A stretch of 63,776 nucleotides of DNA, filler included, from Octopus bimaculoides (GCF_001194135.2; 6 parts of 5 records of this genome joined end to end with filler, not necessarily neighbours in it); one strand, 5' to 3'; shown: positions 38,798-52,234, counted from the whole stretch's first letter. Program-made: numbers and translations. The notes: a model not told the origin generated them from the sequence alone.

Positions 38798-39868
38798 TCA
38801 GGTCATTCCATAAGTTCTGTCCGAATTTTGAATAAAGAAAACAAGTGATCAAATGTTATATTTAATTGAAATTTAATCCTCAATGTACTTTCCCTGATTA
38901 TCTATAACTTTCTTCCATCTATTTACAAGCTTTTTAATCCCATCAACGTAAAACTCTTTTAGTTTCAAAACAAAGAACTCTGAAATGTCAGTTTCGACCT
39001 CCTGGCTTGCGAAAGTTATGTCCTCCAAATGATTCTGTAAACTACGAAACAAATGGTAGTCTGAAGGAGCAAGGTCGGGAGAATAAGGTGGATGAGGATT
39101 TTTTTCCTAGCCAAGCTCTTCAATCTTCTGTGATGTGATCTTTGCAGTGTGGGGTCGTGCATTGTCCTGATGAAACATCACTTCTTTTCAATTCACTAAA
39201 GCAGGTCTTTTTTCCTTCAAAGCTTGGTTCAAACACTCTAATTGCTGACAGTAGACTTGAGCATTGATTGTTGCATTAGGTGGTAACAATTCAAAGTGAA
39301 CTACTCCTTTGCAATCCCACCAGATAGAGAGAAGAACCTTTTTCCCATGAAGTTCCCTTCTCAGTTGTGCTTGAGCTTTTTCCCTTTTACCAAGCTGCTG
39401 TTTACGACGTTTTACATTTTGATAAAAGATCCATATTTCGTCACCAGTCACAAGTCTATCCAAAAAGGGTGAAATGAGTTCATGAGAATGGAGAAAAGAG
39501 CAGATGTCAACTTGGGATTTGCAGTTGCTTTTGGACAATTCATGAGGCACCCATTTTCCAAGTTTAGGAATCTTTCCAAGTTGTTGAAGATGACGATGAA
39601 CAGCTGTANNNNNNNNNNTGCAGAGTTTCCTTTTTTGTACTCATAAAGCATTATGTGCCTCAAATGCTCTTTGAATACTTCCATGTTAGAAAAGGTTTTA
39701 ATCAAAGAAATTTTAATTCTATTATTCTGTAAAATAATATTTAATTAGTTTAAATATACACAAATACATAAAAATAATTTTTACTTCCATTAGACATTCT
39801 AAAATACTATTAAATTTCATTCAATTTTAAAAATGGTAAAATCAGACAGAACTTATGGGATGACCTGT
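38798..39868 (-). pseudogene. Mariner element with both TIRs, decayed transposase
   Basis: TIRs TCAGGTCATTCCATAAGTTCTGTC / GACAGAACTTATGGGATGACCTG, TA at the left flank. ORF pieces include LDRLVTGDEIWIFYQN, VLLSIWWDCKG and EHLRHIMLYEYKKG. Confidence 0.92.
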
Positions 39869-40039
39869 TGGTATTTATATGCATCCCCATACTTGTACTT
39901 TTTCTAAATTGTCTCTTGGTTGGGGAAATTATCCAGGAGAGAAATTAACTGGGGTTAGTTGTCCTAGAACTGATTCTGATGTCTTTAGATCTATTTGTTA
40001 TAGCCAAGACACTGATTAATCGATGGCCCAGTGTATTAA

Positions 40040-40260
40040 CCTTTTAATATTAAAGCCGGCCATATCAGGCCCAAATATTCTACCTTTTATGTTCAAACTG
40101 ACCAGATCAGGCCTATCACATCTGCCTTACAATGTCATTCTAAAAATAAGTAATCACATAATTGAAATCTCAAAAAAAAAACAAGATACTACATGATTAA
40201 TTCAAGCTAATTTGAATAAATAAGCATTATGTTTGACAGAGTAACCTGAATGCTAAATGG
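40040..40260. mobile_element. piggyBac-like MITE family copy
   Basis: TTAA|CCTTTT...AATGCTAAATGG|TTGA. Related copies at 22922-23145, 35154-35376 and about 20840-21007 (partial). Confidence 0.65.
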
Positions 40261-41949
40261 TTGAGCTGTAAGTAGTAAACACTGAAAGTAAAATAAGATT
40301 GCATACTAACAGTCTTCTCTGAAAATTATAATTATATTTTGTTTATTAAGGAAATTAAGATTTCTACAAAAGAGATGCAAAATCAGTTTCTCTTTGACTC
40401 AGCAAGTATCAACTGACGTACATTGGTTTTTATGGATTATAAACCAACAGTTAAGTATTTTGATCGCAGACATGATCACTGTACACTTAACTATACCAAA
40501 CTGCGATATAGTACATTGTATCATGACTAACACACTAACTGTTTACAGTTCAGTCTACATGTAAGTTCATTATGCATCTCAGTGTTACTTAATTTTATGT
40601 TGAAGGTGAAAGCAACACTACAGAATTGACAAGTGGTACTGTGTTTTGTAAACGACTTGTTTCTTATCAAGGAAGAGATTTCTTACTCATCAGAAACTAG
40701 ATAAAACCATAAGATCCTCAAACACCTGTGAAAATTCACCATTGAAACTAAACACTTTCTAAGTCAAACTTCTGACAGCAATAATGACTGAGCGACTACT
40801 TCAACAACAACAACAAGTGCTGATTAAAGATCAATAACACAGATCAATGAAGGTAATTGTGCTTGCATGGCTGAAATAACTATGGTGGATTAAACAAACA
40901 AAGTATATGGTAAAACAGATGTTAAAGTGATAATAGAGATGACAGTATGATGATTTTTAGAGTCAGTAATAACGATCTTAACACTGGTGATGATGATGAT
41001 GATGATGATGATAGTGGTGGTATTGATTATAGTGGTAGTGGTGGGAGATTACTACAGTGGCAATGATTATGATGATGAGTGAGATTAGTGAAATTAAAGC
41101 TGAGCTTTAAGCTAAGATTGACATTTCTTTTCTGGCATCAGGCAGCCATATTACAATGGTCGGTGGCGTAGGGAGTGAGGGTGGTGGTAGGTTTGGGGGT
41201 GTGGGAAATGATTTTCTAATAACATTACACTTTAGCAACAAAAAAATAACAAGAAATATGTAATTATATTTTGTATTTGACAAGAGCTGGATGTTAACTC
41301 ACACAACAGTTTGCTAATTTATACGGAACAGGGAGATAAACAAAAGTAAATAACAGCTGTGTGCGGGTGAAAGGGATGGGTAGGGAGCCCATGTTACCAT
41401 TACCTTCTCTCTTTTACTTGTTTTCTCTCATTAGGTTGTGGCCATGCTGAAGCACCAACTAGAAGAGTTTACTTGGTCAAATTGACACAAGTGCTTATTT
41501 TTTGTTTAAAGTTTGGTACTTACCTTATCAATCTCTTTTGTTACACTGCTAGATATCAGGGATGTAAACAAACCAACACTTGTCATGTGGCGGTATGGGA
41601 CAAATGGACACATACACATACATATACATATAGACATATATATGTGAATGGGTGTGTGTGTGTGTGTGTGTGTGTGTGTATCCCACCTATTTAGCAAAGG
41701 GAGCACTTCCACTTTCACACACATGTATACACACTATAGAACTTCTGCCAACCAAATTCACTCACAAGGCTTTGGTTGGCTTGAGGTTATTGTTGAAGAC
41801 ACTTACCCAAGGTGCCATACAGTGAGACTGAACCAGAAACCATGTGATTGGGAAGAAAATTTTTTACCCAACTAGTTGACTTCATATTTAAAAACCTTAA
41901 ATAGAGAAGGTATTCTCTAGCTAACAGGTAACTTGGGTCTCTGGAAAGA

Positions 41950-42480
41950 CAACAAAAGAATGAGAATCTGAGGTGATTATCCCAATTTTTTAAAAGGGAA
42001 ACAAGAGAGAGTGATCTAATTACAGAGGAATCTCTTGTTGAACCTTCTTGGTAAAGCCTATGCTAGGCACTTGGGAAAAAGATATAGGGGAATTGTTGAG
42101 TCCAAACTGAGTGGCTTCCATCCTGGATGCAACACAACTACTCTGTACTTATCCTTACCAATGGCCATGAATATTGATTAATGATTGAAAAAGTATGATT
42201 ACAAATACAAGTGACTGAAATAGGTCCTTTGAAGGACCACTGAAGTAATTATGTTCAACAGGATGCGTAGCTTAGAGATCAGGGAGTCTCTCCAAGTGAA
42301 TCCAATACTTCTCAGCATTGAGAGTTCACAGCACCGTAACTACAGACATGTGATTAGAATGTTGCAGGAAAGAATTACAAAATAGATTCTTCAAGCCAAG
42401 CTAAGCAGAAGGAGATCTAAGGGCAGACCAAGAACAAGATAGTTGGATAATATCTATAGTCTCAGTTGGTCACTCTTGAG
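41950..42480 (+). mobile_element. Decayed RTE LINE fragments
   Basis: Broken frames with YRGISLLNLLGKAY-like RT motif and KGRPRTR-like C-terminus. Similar RTE relics near 17105-17600 (+) and 5775-5990 (-). Confidence 0.6.
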
Positions 42481-44870
42481 CACCCAGCCAAAAAGTATAA
42501 TGATAGTTGCTTTTGATAGGACCCTATAGAGAAGATGTCCGAAGACTATACCCCCATGACCCTCCCAGGAATGGGAGATGGAGAAGATGGATGGCTGTCT
42601 TAAATTTCTTCGGGCATGTCATAAATTTCTTCAGGCACATCATGAAAATAAGAAAAGCAAATAAACATTTCATTTCTGTATTACATGCCTGGAGAAATTT
42701 AGAAAAATTTAAGACATTTCTGAAGGAATTTAAGTTCCTACTGTAATGTCAGAGTGAGTGGAAATTGTAATTTTTACTTCTTGATTTTGAAGATTTTAAC
42801 ATATGAAAAAATAATAATTTCGATAATAAATGTAATTAGCAGATGATGAAACTAGTCTATTTAATGCATTCAAGTGTTTTAGTATTTTGTGACGTCAGCT
42901 GAAAGTTATATCTGCAGGTAAGTAATTATGTACCTTGTGCAATGGTCACAACATGGCAATTATATTAAACACTTAACAGACAGTTGATTAACATCAATGA
43001 ACAATCAGCTTAATTAACATCAATGAACAAATAGCTAATTAACATTTCATCACACACAACTGTTGATGTATGAATACATGTACGTTATACATGTATCTAT
43101 ATGTGTGTGTGTGTGTGTGTGTGTGTGAGTGTGTGTGTGTATACATACATACACACACACACATCCATCCATCCATCCATACATACATACATANNNNNNN
43201 NNNTACACACACACACATCCATCCATCCATCCATACATACATACATACATACATACATACATACATACATACATACATACACACACATACACTTACACAC
43301 ACACATGCACAAGGTGTTGAAGCTAAATTTGACTATTTTTTATGTCTTCTAATTTCAGAAACTGCTTGATGAATTGATGAACAATGAATGATTTTGGAGA
43401 GCATAAAGGTTAAAGTTGTTGTTGAGAAAAAGTTAGCTGACATGGAGGATTGGAAGGCATCTGAATATTGGAAAAAGTTACCTGTATCATAATAATTCAT
43501 GCCAAGTGGCAAAATGCTACATTATGACTGCTGCTCAATGCTCTGTGAACACTGCAAAGCCTTTTAGGGATTCCCCCCCCCCCACCACCACCACCACTGC
43601 AAGATAATCAGTGAGGGATGAGTAAGCCACCACAGTTTCATGTGATTGATCTATGAATTGATCAATCAACATGAAGCTGTGCTGTGATGTGGCTTCTCAG
43701 ATCTAAAATTTGTCCCTTTTTTTATCCTATGAAAACTGTTTGGCAATCTAAAGAGTTTACCACCAACCACATGGTTCTGAGTTCAACCTCACTCCATGGC
43801 AGCCTGTCATGTGTATGTGTGTGTTTGACCCCACTACTGCTTGACAATTGGTGTTGGTATGTTTACATCCCTATTCAGCAAAGGACACCAGTAGAATAAG
43901 TACCATAATTAAAAGAAATAAGTACTGGGGTTGATTCATTCAACTAAACATTTAAGGCAGTGCCTCAAAATGGCAGCAATGTCACATACTTGGTGACCTC
44001 ACTGGTGCTGTTGTCACATAAAAAGAACTCAGTATACTCAGACAGGTGGAGAGCCTGAAGGGTGAAACAAGCTCTACTGTTAAACCAGCCAACCAATGCA
44101 GTGTGGAAAATGGACATCATATATATATNNNNNNNNNNNNNNNNNNNNNNNNNNNNNNNNNNNNNNNNNNNNNNNNNNNNNNNNNNNNNNNNNNNNNNNN
44201 NNNNNNNNNNNNNNNNNNNNNNNNNNNNNNNNNNNNNNNNNNNNNNNNNNNNNNNNNNNNNNNNNNNNNNNNNNNNNNNNNNNNNNNNNNNNNNNNNNNN
44301 NNNNNNNNNNNNNNNNNNNNNNNNNNNNNNNNNNNNNNNNNNNNNNNNNNNNNNNNNNNNNNNNNNNNNNNNNNNNNNNNNNNNNNNNNNNNNNNNNNNN
44401 NNNNNNNNNNNNNNNNNNNNNNNNNNNNNNNNNNNNNNNNNNNNNNNNNNNNNNNNNNNNNNNNNNNNNNNNNNNNNNNNNNNNNNNNNNNNNNNNNNNN
44501 NNNNNNNNNNNNNNNNNNNNNNNNNNNNNNNNNNNNNNNNNNNNNNNNNNNNNNNNNNNNNNNNNNNNNNNNNNNNNNNNNNNNNNNNNNNNNNNNNNNN
44601 NNNNNNNNNNNNNNNNNNNNNNNNNNNNNNNNNNNNNNNNNNNNNNNNNNNNNNNNNNNNNNNNNNNNNNNNNNNNNNNNNNNNNNNNNNNNNNNNNNNN
44701 NNNNNNNNNNNNNNNNNNNNNNNNNNNNNNNNNNNNNNNNNNNNNNNNNNNNNNNNNNNNNNNNNNNNNNNNNNNNNNNNNNNNNNNNNNNNNNNNNNNN
44801 NNNNNNNNNNNNNNNNNNNNNNNNNNNNNNNNNNNNNNNNNNNNNNNNNNNNNNNNNNNNNNNNNNNNNN

Positions 44871-44914
<44 letters not shown>

Positions 44915-44963
44915 ATATTAGGGACAAAATCCAAAATTACAGGTAAAAACTCAATTAAAATCA

Positions 44964-44999
<36 letters not shown>

Positions 45000-45139
45000 T
45001 GCTGTTTAATGCTGAAAAGTTTCAAGTCCTATGCTATCAGCATGCAGAGCTAACTGCAATACCAATAAAATACACTGCACTTGGTAGGATTGCAATCCCA
45101 GAGATACAGTCAGTGAGACCTGGGCATTTACATGATTAA

Positions 45140-45370
45140 TAATTTATCATTCCATGTACATGTTGCTAAGTTGGTAATGAAATGCAGACAGCTGACTGGA
45201 TGGATTCTTAGAGCTTTTAAATTGAGAAATCAGGAAACCATGCTGGTCCTCTGGAGGACATTTATCCAAAGCCTCTTTGACTAATTCTCCCAGCTATGGT
45301 CACCAACCAGTGCAAAATTAATTTCAGGACTTGAGGCAATTCAACAAAGCTACACAAAGAAGTTAGACCC
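45140..45370 (+). mobile_element. CR1/L2-like LINE fragment
   Basis: Encodes CRQLTGWILRAFKLRNQETMLVLWRTFIQSLFD*FSQLWSP, homologous to the minus-strand copy at 45533-45733. Confidence 0.8.
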
Positions 45371-45524
45371 TCCATTATTATTTACCATATATATAGCACT
45401 GCATATCCCTTACATCTCCTCTCCAGGGAGTAGAATTCCAGTTCCTTCAACCTCACCCATGCGTTTTACTGATTCTATCTTCTTTGTGTAGTGGCATTGG
45501 ATCGCCTCTATTTCTGCAATTAGT

Positions 45525-46570
45525 TTAACACTCTATGGGGACCACAACTGGGAGCAGTAATCCAGAAGACTGAGGACAAAGGTTCTCCAAAGCAGAAGCA
45601 TTGTGTCCCTGTTCCTGGTCCTGAAGGATCTAAGGATCCAACCTACCACCTGCCTGCATAATGTTGCCATCTGAGTAATGTTTACATGGAAAGTTGTGTT
45701 GTTGCTCGTGTGGATTCCCAGGTCATGTACCAACTCTAACTCTCAGATTACATTGCCTGCTGGTCCCATGTACTTCAGTTGTAGTTTGTTTGTGGGCTGA
45801 TAGTGGAGTGCTTCAAATTTTGCAGCATTGAATTGCCTATTATACTCATTAGCCCATTTATATATTGCGTTCAGGTCATTCTGAGAGAGCAACCACAAAC
45901 AGTAGTGGTCCCAGCACTGTTCCCTGGGGGATTCTGCTGAGGATTGGCGTCACTTCAGAGAGAGCACCATTTGCTATGACAGCCTGACTTCTGCCCTTCA
46001 GGAAATCATGTAGACACTCTTCCAGTCTACCAGCAATACTGAGGTCACGCAATTTGTGACATATCATCCCATGACCAACTTTGTCAAAGGCCTTGGCAAA
46101 GTCGAGATATATCACATCCACATTTGAATAGTTGAGCTGTTGCTTTAGTACCTTGTCGAAGTGCTGTAGTAGCTATGTTAGGCAGCTCCTTCCAGGATGG
46201 TAACCATGTTGCATGTCTGTAAGCAAGACATTTTCTTCTAGGAATGTGGTCAGTCTTTTTCTGACAATGTGTTCCATGATCTTGCTGACATGTGAAGTCA
46301 CAGAGATAGGCCTGTAGTTTATGGCATCTGCTCTGCTTTCTCCTTTGTGGACAGGACAGATTATTCCTTTTAACATTTGAGGAAATGTATTGTATTCAAG
46401 GGAACTCTGGAAAAGCATTTGCAGTGGTTTTGCAAGAGCTTTCATGCATGTTTTTAACAAAATTGCTGGGAGTTCATCTGGGCCTGTTGCAGAGTCTGAG
46501 TTTATGATAAAAAAAAGATCACTGATGTCCAAGAAACAACTGTGTGGAAACACAGAGACAAGCTTACACA
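45525..46570 (-). pseudogene. CR1/L2-like LINE reverse transcriptase remnant
   Basis: ORF pieces NYRPISVTSHVSKIME, QHGYHPGRSCLT, DVIYLDFAKAFDKV, IPQGTVLGPLLF and DYCSQLWSP, with deletions and frameshifts. Confidence 0.92.
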
Positions 46571-46664
46571 TTACTTGTTCACTAGGTGTAGCCAGTGGTT
46601 ATGCAAGGTTAGTGAGTAATATTTTTGGTGTAAAACGAGAGAGAGAAAGGGAAATTGATACATG

Positions 46665-46962
46665 TCTAGTGAGACAGTTGCAAGAGAAATACCTAGCCAA
46701 GGATAAACCTCTGTACCTGGCTTTCGTTGACATGGAGAAAGCCTTTGACAGGGTCCCCCGATCCCTTATCTGGTGGTCAATGAGGAAACTTGGGATAGAA
46801 GAATGGCTAGTGAGAGCTGTGCGAGCCATGTACAGAGATGCGGCCAGTAAGGTGAGGGTTGGAAATGAGTACAGCAATGAATTCCGGGTAGAGGTAGGGG
46901 TCCACCAAGGTTCCGTCCTCAGCCCCCTATTATTTACCATAGTCCTCCAGGCAATCACAGAG
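46665..46962 (+). mobile_element. RTE-clade LINE RT segment, open frame running into a gap
   Basis: LVRQLQEKYLAKDKPLYLAFVDMEKAFDRVP...GVHQGSVLSPLLF is uninterrupted, suggesting a young copy. Confidence 0.92.
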
Positions 46963-48380
46963 NNNNNNNNNNNNNNNNNNNNNNNNNNNNNNNNNNNNNN
47001 NNNNNNTTAATTAATTAANNNNNNNNNNNNNNNNNNNNNNNNNNNNNNNNNNNNNNNNNNNNATATATATATATATATACTCAGAGAGAGAGAGAAAGAC
47101 CCTAAAGATAAATTACAGATTCATATTGAATATAGTTAATTGAACATACCTTTAAGAGGTATTTATATCCTTGAAATAATTATATATAAATATGTCTGTG
47201 TATTTGTATTTCTATGTATATATATATATATGTATAATAAGCATATACGTATGTATGTTTATATGTATGTATGTATGTATGTATGTACGTACTACGTATG
47301 TATGTATGTATGTATCTATCTATCTATCTATTTGCCTGTCTGTCTTTCTCTCTCTCTCTCTCTCTCTATCTATTTAGCTATAAAAACTTACGTACATACA
47401 TGACATGCATACACGCATATTACATGCATAAGCGCACATTATATCGATAAACAACATATATAAACTCGAATATGGATCCATCCATCTGTCTATCCATCCA
47501 ACACACACGACATGCATATGTGTGAATATGTGTGTGTGAGTGTGTGTAAGTATACGTATGCACATCTGGGTTATATATATGTAGACGATACCCACTGAAA
47601 TCCTGGGACGCGCAAGCTGATGGGTGGATTCCGAAGAGTGGTATAAGGGAGACAATCCATTGCGCTTGACCTTTGTGCGTTCGAAAACTAGCCACAAGGC
47701 CTTTTCTTCCTCCAATAGAATGCGTTCCGTTTAGCTCCAGACAAACTCAGTCAATCACTCACGTTCCAATTGTTTTGATATTTAAGAACAACCTTCCTGA
47801 CAATTTTTATGCTTTTGTATGCATGTGTGTCTGGACAATACATTGATACAACAAAATCTGAGTCCATTCTCTCTGAATATCAGGTTTGAAGAGAGAGATA
47901 AGTATTTTAGGGGCAACACATGTAGCCGTAACATTGGTGTGTGCTTTGTAATCATAAGGGTGTTGGCCATCATAAATTTTAACAGTGTAAGGGAGATAAC
48001 TCTAAAATACCTAATCGTTTTCCGTAATCAATGCGCACAAACATCTGCAAAACTATGCTACAATCTCACAGCACGCTAATTTTCACGCTGTCTTCTTCCA
48101 CATACGGGGTGGCCACAAGAGGATACATCTTTTGTTACAGATCTTCTCGATTGAAGTTGGCCTACGGCTAAACAACATGTCGAAACTGCCGATATTACGT
48201 TTTAGATGAACTTTGCACCTTTCATATGATAGTAGTGGTGGTGGTAGGAGTACTAGTAGTAGTAGTAGTAGTAGTAGTTAACACTCTCGTAATTCCATAG
48301 GTCACAACGGCATTATTGTAGCCCAGGTTATCAATGATCGGGAGGACTTAAAAAGTAATTGAGCTATTATTAGTGGCTGG

Positions 48381-48386
48381 TATAAA
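48381..48386 (+). promoter_or_regulatory. Candidate TATA box for GSTO
   Basis: TATAAA about 100 bp upstream of ATG 48482, in CpG-retaining sequence. Confidence 0.4.
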
Positions 48387-48481
48387 CAAGTAATATGTTC
48401 GCGCAAAATCAAGCTTGTTTAAAGTCCGGCTTGCAGTTTACTGCCAAGGAAGCTCTACGCAAGTTGTCAACATACGCAAGC

Positions 48482-48509
48482 ATGGTAACCGAGCAGGCTT
48501 ATACAAAAG
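48482..48509 (+). CDS. GSTO1: Glutathione S-transferase omega, exon 1 (coding part)
   Basis: AGCATGG Kozak context, MVTEQAYTK+G, donor AG|GTAGGG. Phase 1 joins exon 2 in frame and matches the exon-1 boundary known for human GSTO1 (SLGK|G). Confidence 0.75.
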
Positions 48510-48807
48510 GTAGGGAATTAAATACATACACACACACACATGTATGCATGTATGTAGAGAGAAACAGAGAGAAAGAGAGAGGTTATTTTGTCGAATATGT
48601 GCGTATGTACGTAAAATAGAAACATTACATCCGCCCAATTTCCATATAAGTAATTTTAGGTAAGTAACTAGTAAGATTAATTAAGCTGAATTAATTAACC
48701 AGAAAACATTCTGGGATTCTACGCATAATACTTTATTCATAGAGTTCGACACTTCATTTCTAATATGGGTACCTCTATTTTGTAAATAAGGACGTTGTTA
48801 ACCAACG

Positions 48808-48853
<46 letters not shown>

Positions 48854-49591
48854 NNNNNNNNNNACACACACTCAAACTCGTGTGTGTGTATACATATATA
48901 TAAATAATACAGAATAGGACAAATGTTTATATATTCTAGAGCAATCACCGGTTGTAGGAGAGCGGTGTCGTTCATAATTTTTGTCGGTGTTACAAAGTTC
49001 CACCCTACCTTCTCTAACAATAACTATGTTCTTTAAGAGAGTAGAAAGTTATTTCAGAAAGATTTGGTTGATATTTCTAACATTTCGAATGAGCATTAAG
49101 AGGTTCCCGTATTAGCCGGTGTGTAGTCTGTAGGATTACCATAACCAATGTATTTTTCATTTATTTCAAGATAGTAGGTTGTAATTTGATCAAGATTTAG
49201 CTGTTATTTCATGCAGCTCGAGCAACTACATAATGTAGCCATCGTTACTTCCGCATACAGTGGTTGTTCTTATTGCTATTTAACCCCAGGTCAGATTTAA
49301 TCGAGCTGATCTTTTTTTTTTTTTAGATATAGTGCAGAGTACTAAGTTATCCATTGTTTTAAGAATCTTCAATAGGTTTTAATGGGGGAAACTTTAGCTT
49401 CTATTTCTAGCAGATCGAGTGGCGCGTGTCATCCACGGTACAATTTGCCAGTTTCTTTTTTGTTTTGTTTTCAAAACTGATCCAACAGAGCTCTGATCAA
49501 AGACATATAATGGGAGGCAAGGTTCTGGATATCGGTTGAATATCGCCTTTCTCCCATCAATTTCTTATCTTCGTGTTGCTAAGGCTCCAGC

Positions 49592-49978
49592 TGTTGAGTA
49601 AAGAAGTATTAGGCAAAACGCAGGTTCTTCATTAGTTTTATTTACAATATATACAAAGGTGTGGTATGCTGCTCTTCTGCAGCCATCTCATGCGGTATGA
49701 ATTCGTCGTTCTCCGTTACGTGGGACATTGCCTCAGGAGATGCGATAAGCGGACTAGTCTAGAGGACGAGCTAATGAAGTGTGTTCTGCTAGCGGTCGCA
49801 ATGGGAAAGAAGGATCAAACCTCGTGGTTTCTTTCTTTTTATAGTTTGCCATCGCGAGCCTCGTTGTGAGCTCGCACATGGCAAATGGATGCAGGTGAGG
49901 TCTCGCTCCAGTCTCAGAGATGTTAATGGCTGCCGTGAGATCTCACCCAATATTGCGCTGACAGCTTGTGCTGCTACA
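49592..49978 (-). mobile_element. Possible LTR-like segment
   Basis: 387-bp GC- and CpG-rich block bounded by TGT...ACA, with AATAAA on the minus strand near 49635. No TSD; the right end abuts the Penelope fragment. Confidence 0.35.
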
Positions 49979-50598
49979 GACATAAAAAACTTGATGGAAA
50001 TGTTGACCTTCTGTGTAGAAACTACCTACTTCAGTATGGACACTGATATATATATCGACAGGAGGCGGGCTTAGCTATGGGTTTCCCATTATCACCGGTA
50101 ATAGCCAATATATACATGGAATACTTTGAAAATTTGGCTTTAGGATCAACACCACTAAAACCAACCTTATGGCTGCCATATGTTGATGACACCTTCATAT
50201 TCTGGCCCCCACCAGGAAGATGTCCAAGTGCTGATAGATCATATGAACTCAATAGAGCCATCCATACAGTTCACAATTGAAAAGGAAAAAGACAATCAGC
50301 TCGCATTCCTGGATGTATTAATAACACGCACCAAGTATGGATTCAGGACATNNNNNNNNNNTGGCATTCCTGGACGTATTAATAACACGCACCAAGTATG
50401 GATTCAGGACATCTGTATACTGCAAGCCGACCTTTACTGGACAATACCTCAACTTCAATTCCTGCCATCCATACAGTGTAAAGAGAGGGATTGCTTTGTG
50501 CCTAAAACATCGTACAAAGAATATAAGTAGCGATCGTGATACCCACCACGAAGAAATGATCAAACTCAATAACGATCAGTTAAGCAACAACTGCCCCA
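49976..50598 (+). pseudogene. Penelope-like element (PLE) reverse transcriptase remnant
   Basis: Across two frameshifts: LTFCVETTYF, GLAMGFPLSPVIANIYME, WLPYVDDTF (YVDD 50179-50190), IQFTIEKEKDNQLAFLDVLI and VYCKPTFTGQYLNFNSCHP, typical of PLE RT and thumb. Confidence 0.92.
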
Positions 50599-52234
50599 AA
50601 AGTGTACTTCACTTTCTTTTTTTGGAGTGAGTTGGTGGCTGTTTACTATCAGGCATTTGTTTGGTTTTCTCTCAAAGAGAAAATAATTTCAATAAATTAA
50701 GAATATTTATCACAAATGTTATTTGTGATATATTTTCATTTATCATTATTGTATGTGTGAATATACATGTATGAATGTATGTATACACACATGTGTATAT
50801 CATACGTAAAAGGCACCCGTGCTGGCTCCACATATAAAAGCACTCATACTGGTGCCACATAAAATACTACTGGGACACTCTGTAAAGTGGTTGGTGTTAG
50901 GAAGAGCATCCAGCTGTTGAAACCATACCTACACTGATGACTAGTTGAACGCAGCCTTCTGTCAAATCATCCATGAAAAACAGATGTTAAACGATATGAT
51001 GATGATCATATATTATATAGATACATATAATATATATACATATGTATTATATATATATATTATATGTATATTATACATGTATTTATAATATTTGTACATA
51101 TATATATATATGTGTATATATATACACATATATAATGTTGATCATCATAATTGTCATTTTAACCTCTACTTCTCCATGTCTGCATGAGTCAGGCAGAGTT
51201 TATTGAGACAGCTTACATTTTCTCATGCCCAGACATGTGACCTTCATTTATGACTACCATGTGATATGAAGACTAGGGAACACACACACTCACACACACA
51301 TACACACATTGGCTTCTTTGAGTTACCTTCTACCAAATCCAATAAGAAGGCTTTGGTTAACCTGGGATTATAGTGGAAGACACTAGGCCAAGGTGCCATA
51401 TACACCTTGGTTCCTTGGGCAATTATCTTTTAGTATAGAGCTGATCACAGTATTGTGAATAGATTTGGTGGACAGAAACTGAAAGAAGCCCATCATGTGT
51501 GTGTGTGTTCACGCATTTGAGTCTCCTTGTCTTGATATCACATATAGTTGTAAATGATTGTCACTGTCATACAAGCAATGTCATTCATTTCCTGTATGTA
51601 ATAGGTCTAGTCATTGGAAACAGATTAAGGTTGGATACAGGAAGGGCATCCAGCCATAGAAAATCTGCCTCAACTCTGTTTGACCCATGCAAGCATGGAA
51701 AAGTACTCATTAAATTGAAAAGATGATAAAATGATGATGGTGATACATGTGTGTGCGTGTGTGTGTGAGGCACAGGCCCGGCTATGTGATTAAGAATCTT
51801 GCTTCACAACCAGATGGTCTTGGGTTCCATCCCAGTACTCCTGTGTGTCTACTACTATAGCCCCAAGCCAAACAAAACAATATGAATGAATTTGGTTGGA
51901 AGAGACTGAAAGGAACTCATCATATATGTATATATATATATATATGTGTGTGTTTGTGTGTACTCTTGTCTTGACATGTGATGATTGTAAATGAGCATCA
52001 GCATCGCACAAACAACATTGATCATTTCCTGTCCTCCATGAGGAAGTATTACGTTACTTACAGACAGGTAAGACTTGATGGCAGGAAGATCATTCAGCCA
52101 TTAAAAATCTACTTCAACAAATTCTGACTGACCTGTGCAAGCATGGATAAATAGATGTTAAATGATAATGATACAGGTGTGTATGTATAATAATAACACA
52201 CATGGGTGTGTGTTATAATTATTGTTCTTATTTT

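Noticed and set aside
40400-40855. Two + strand segments with plausible splice signals
   Set aside because: Translations have no recognisable homology and the second contains a stop in the ATG frame; insufficient support.
50302-50411. Apparent 50-bp tandem duplication within the Penelope RT
   Set aside because: The copies flank a 10-N gap and differ by few bases, so it is most likely a contig overlap or allelic artefact. The same applies at 43129-43260.
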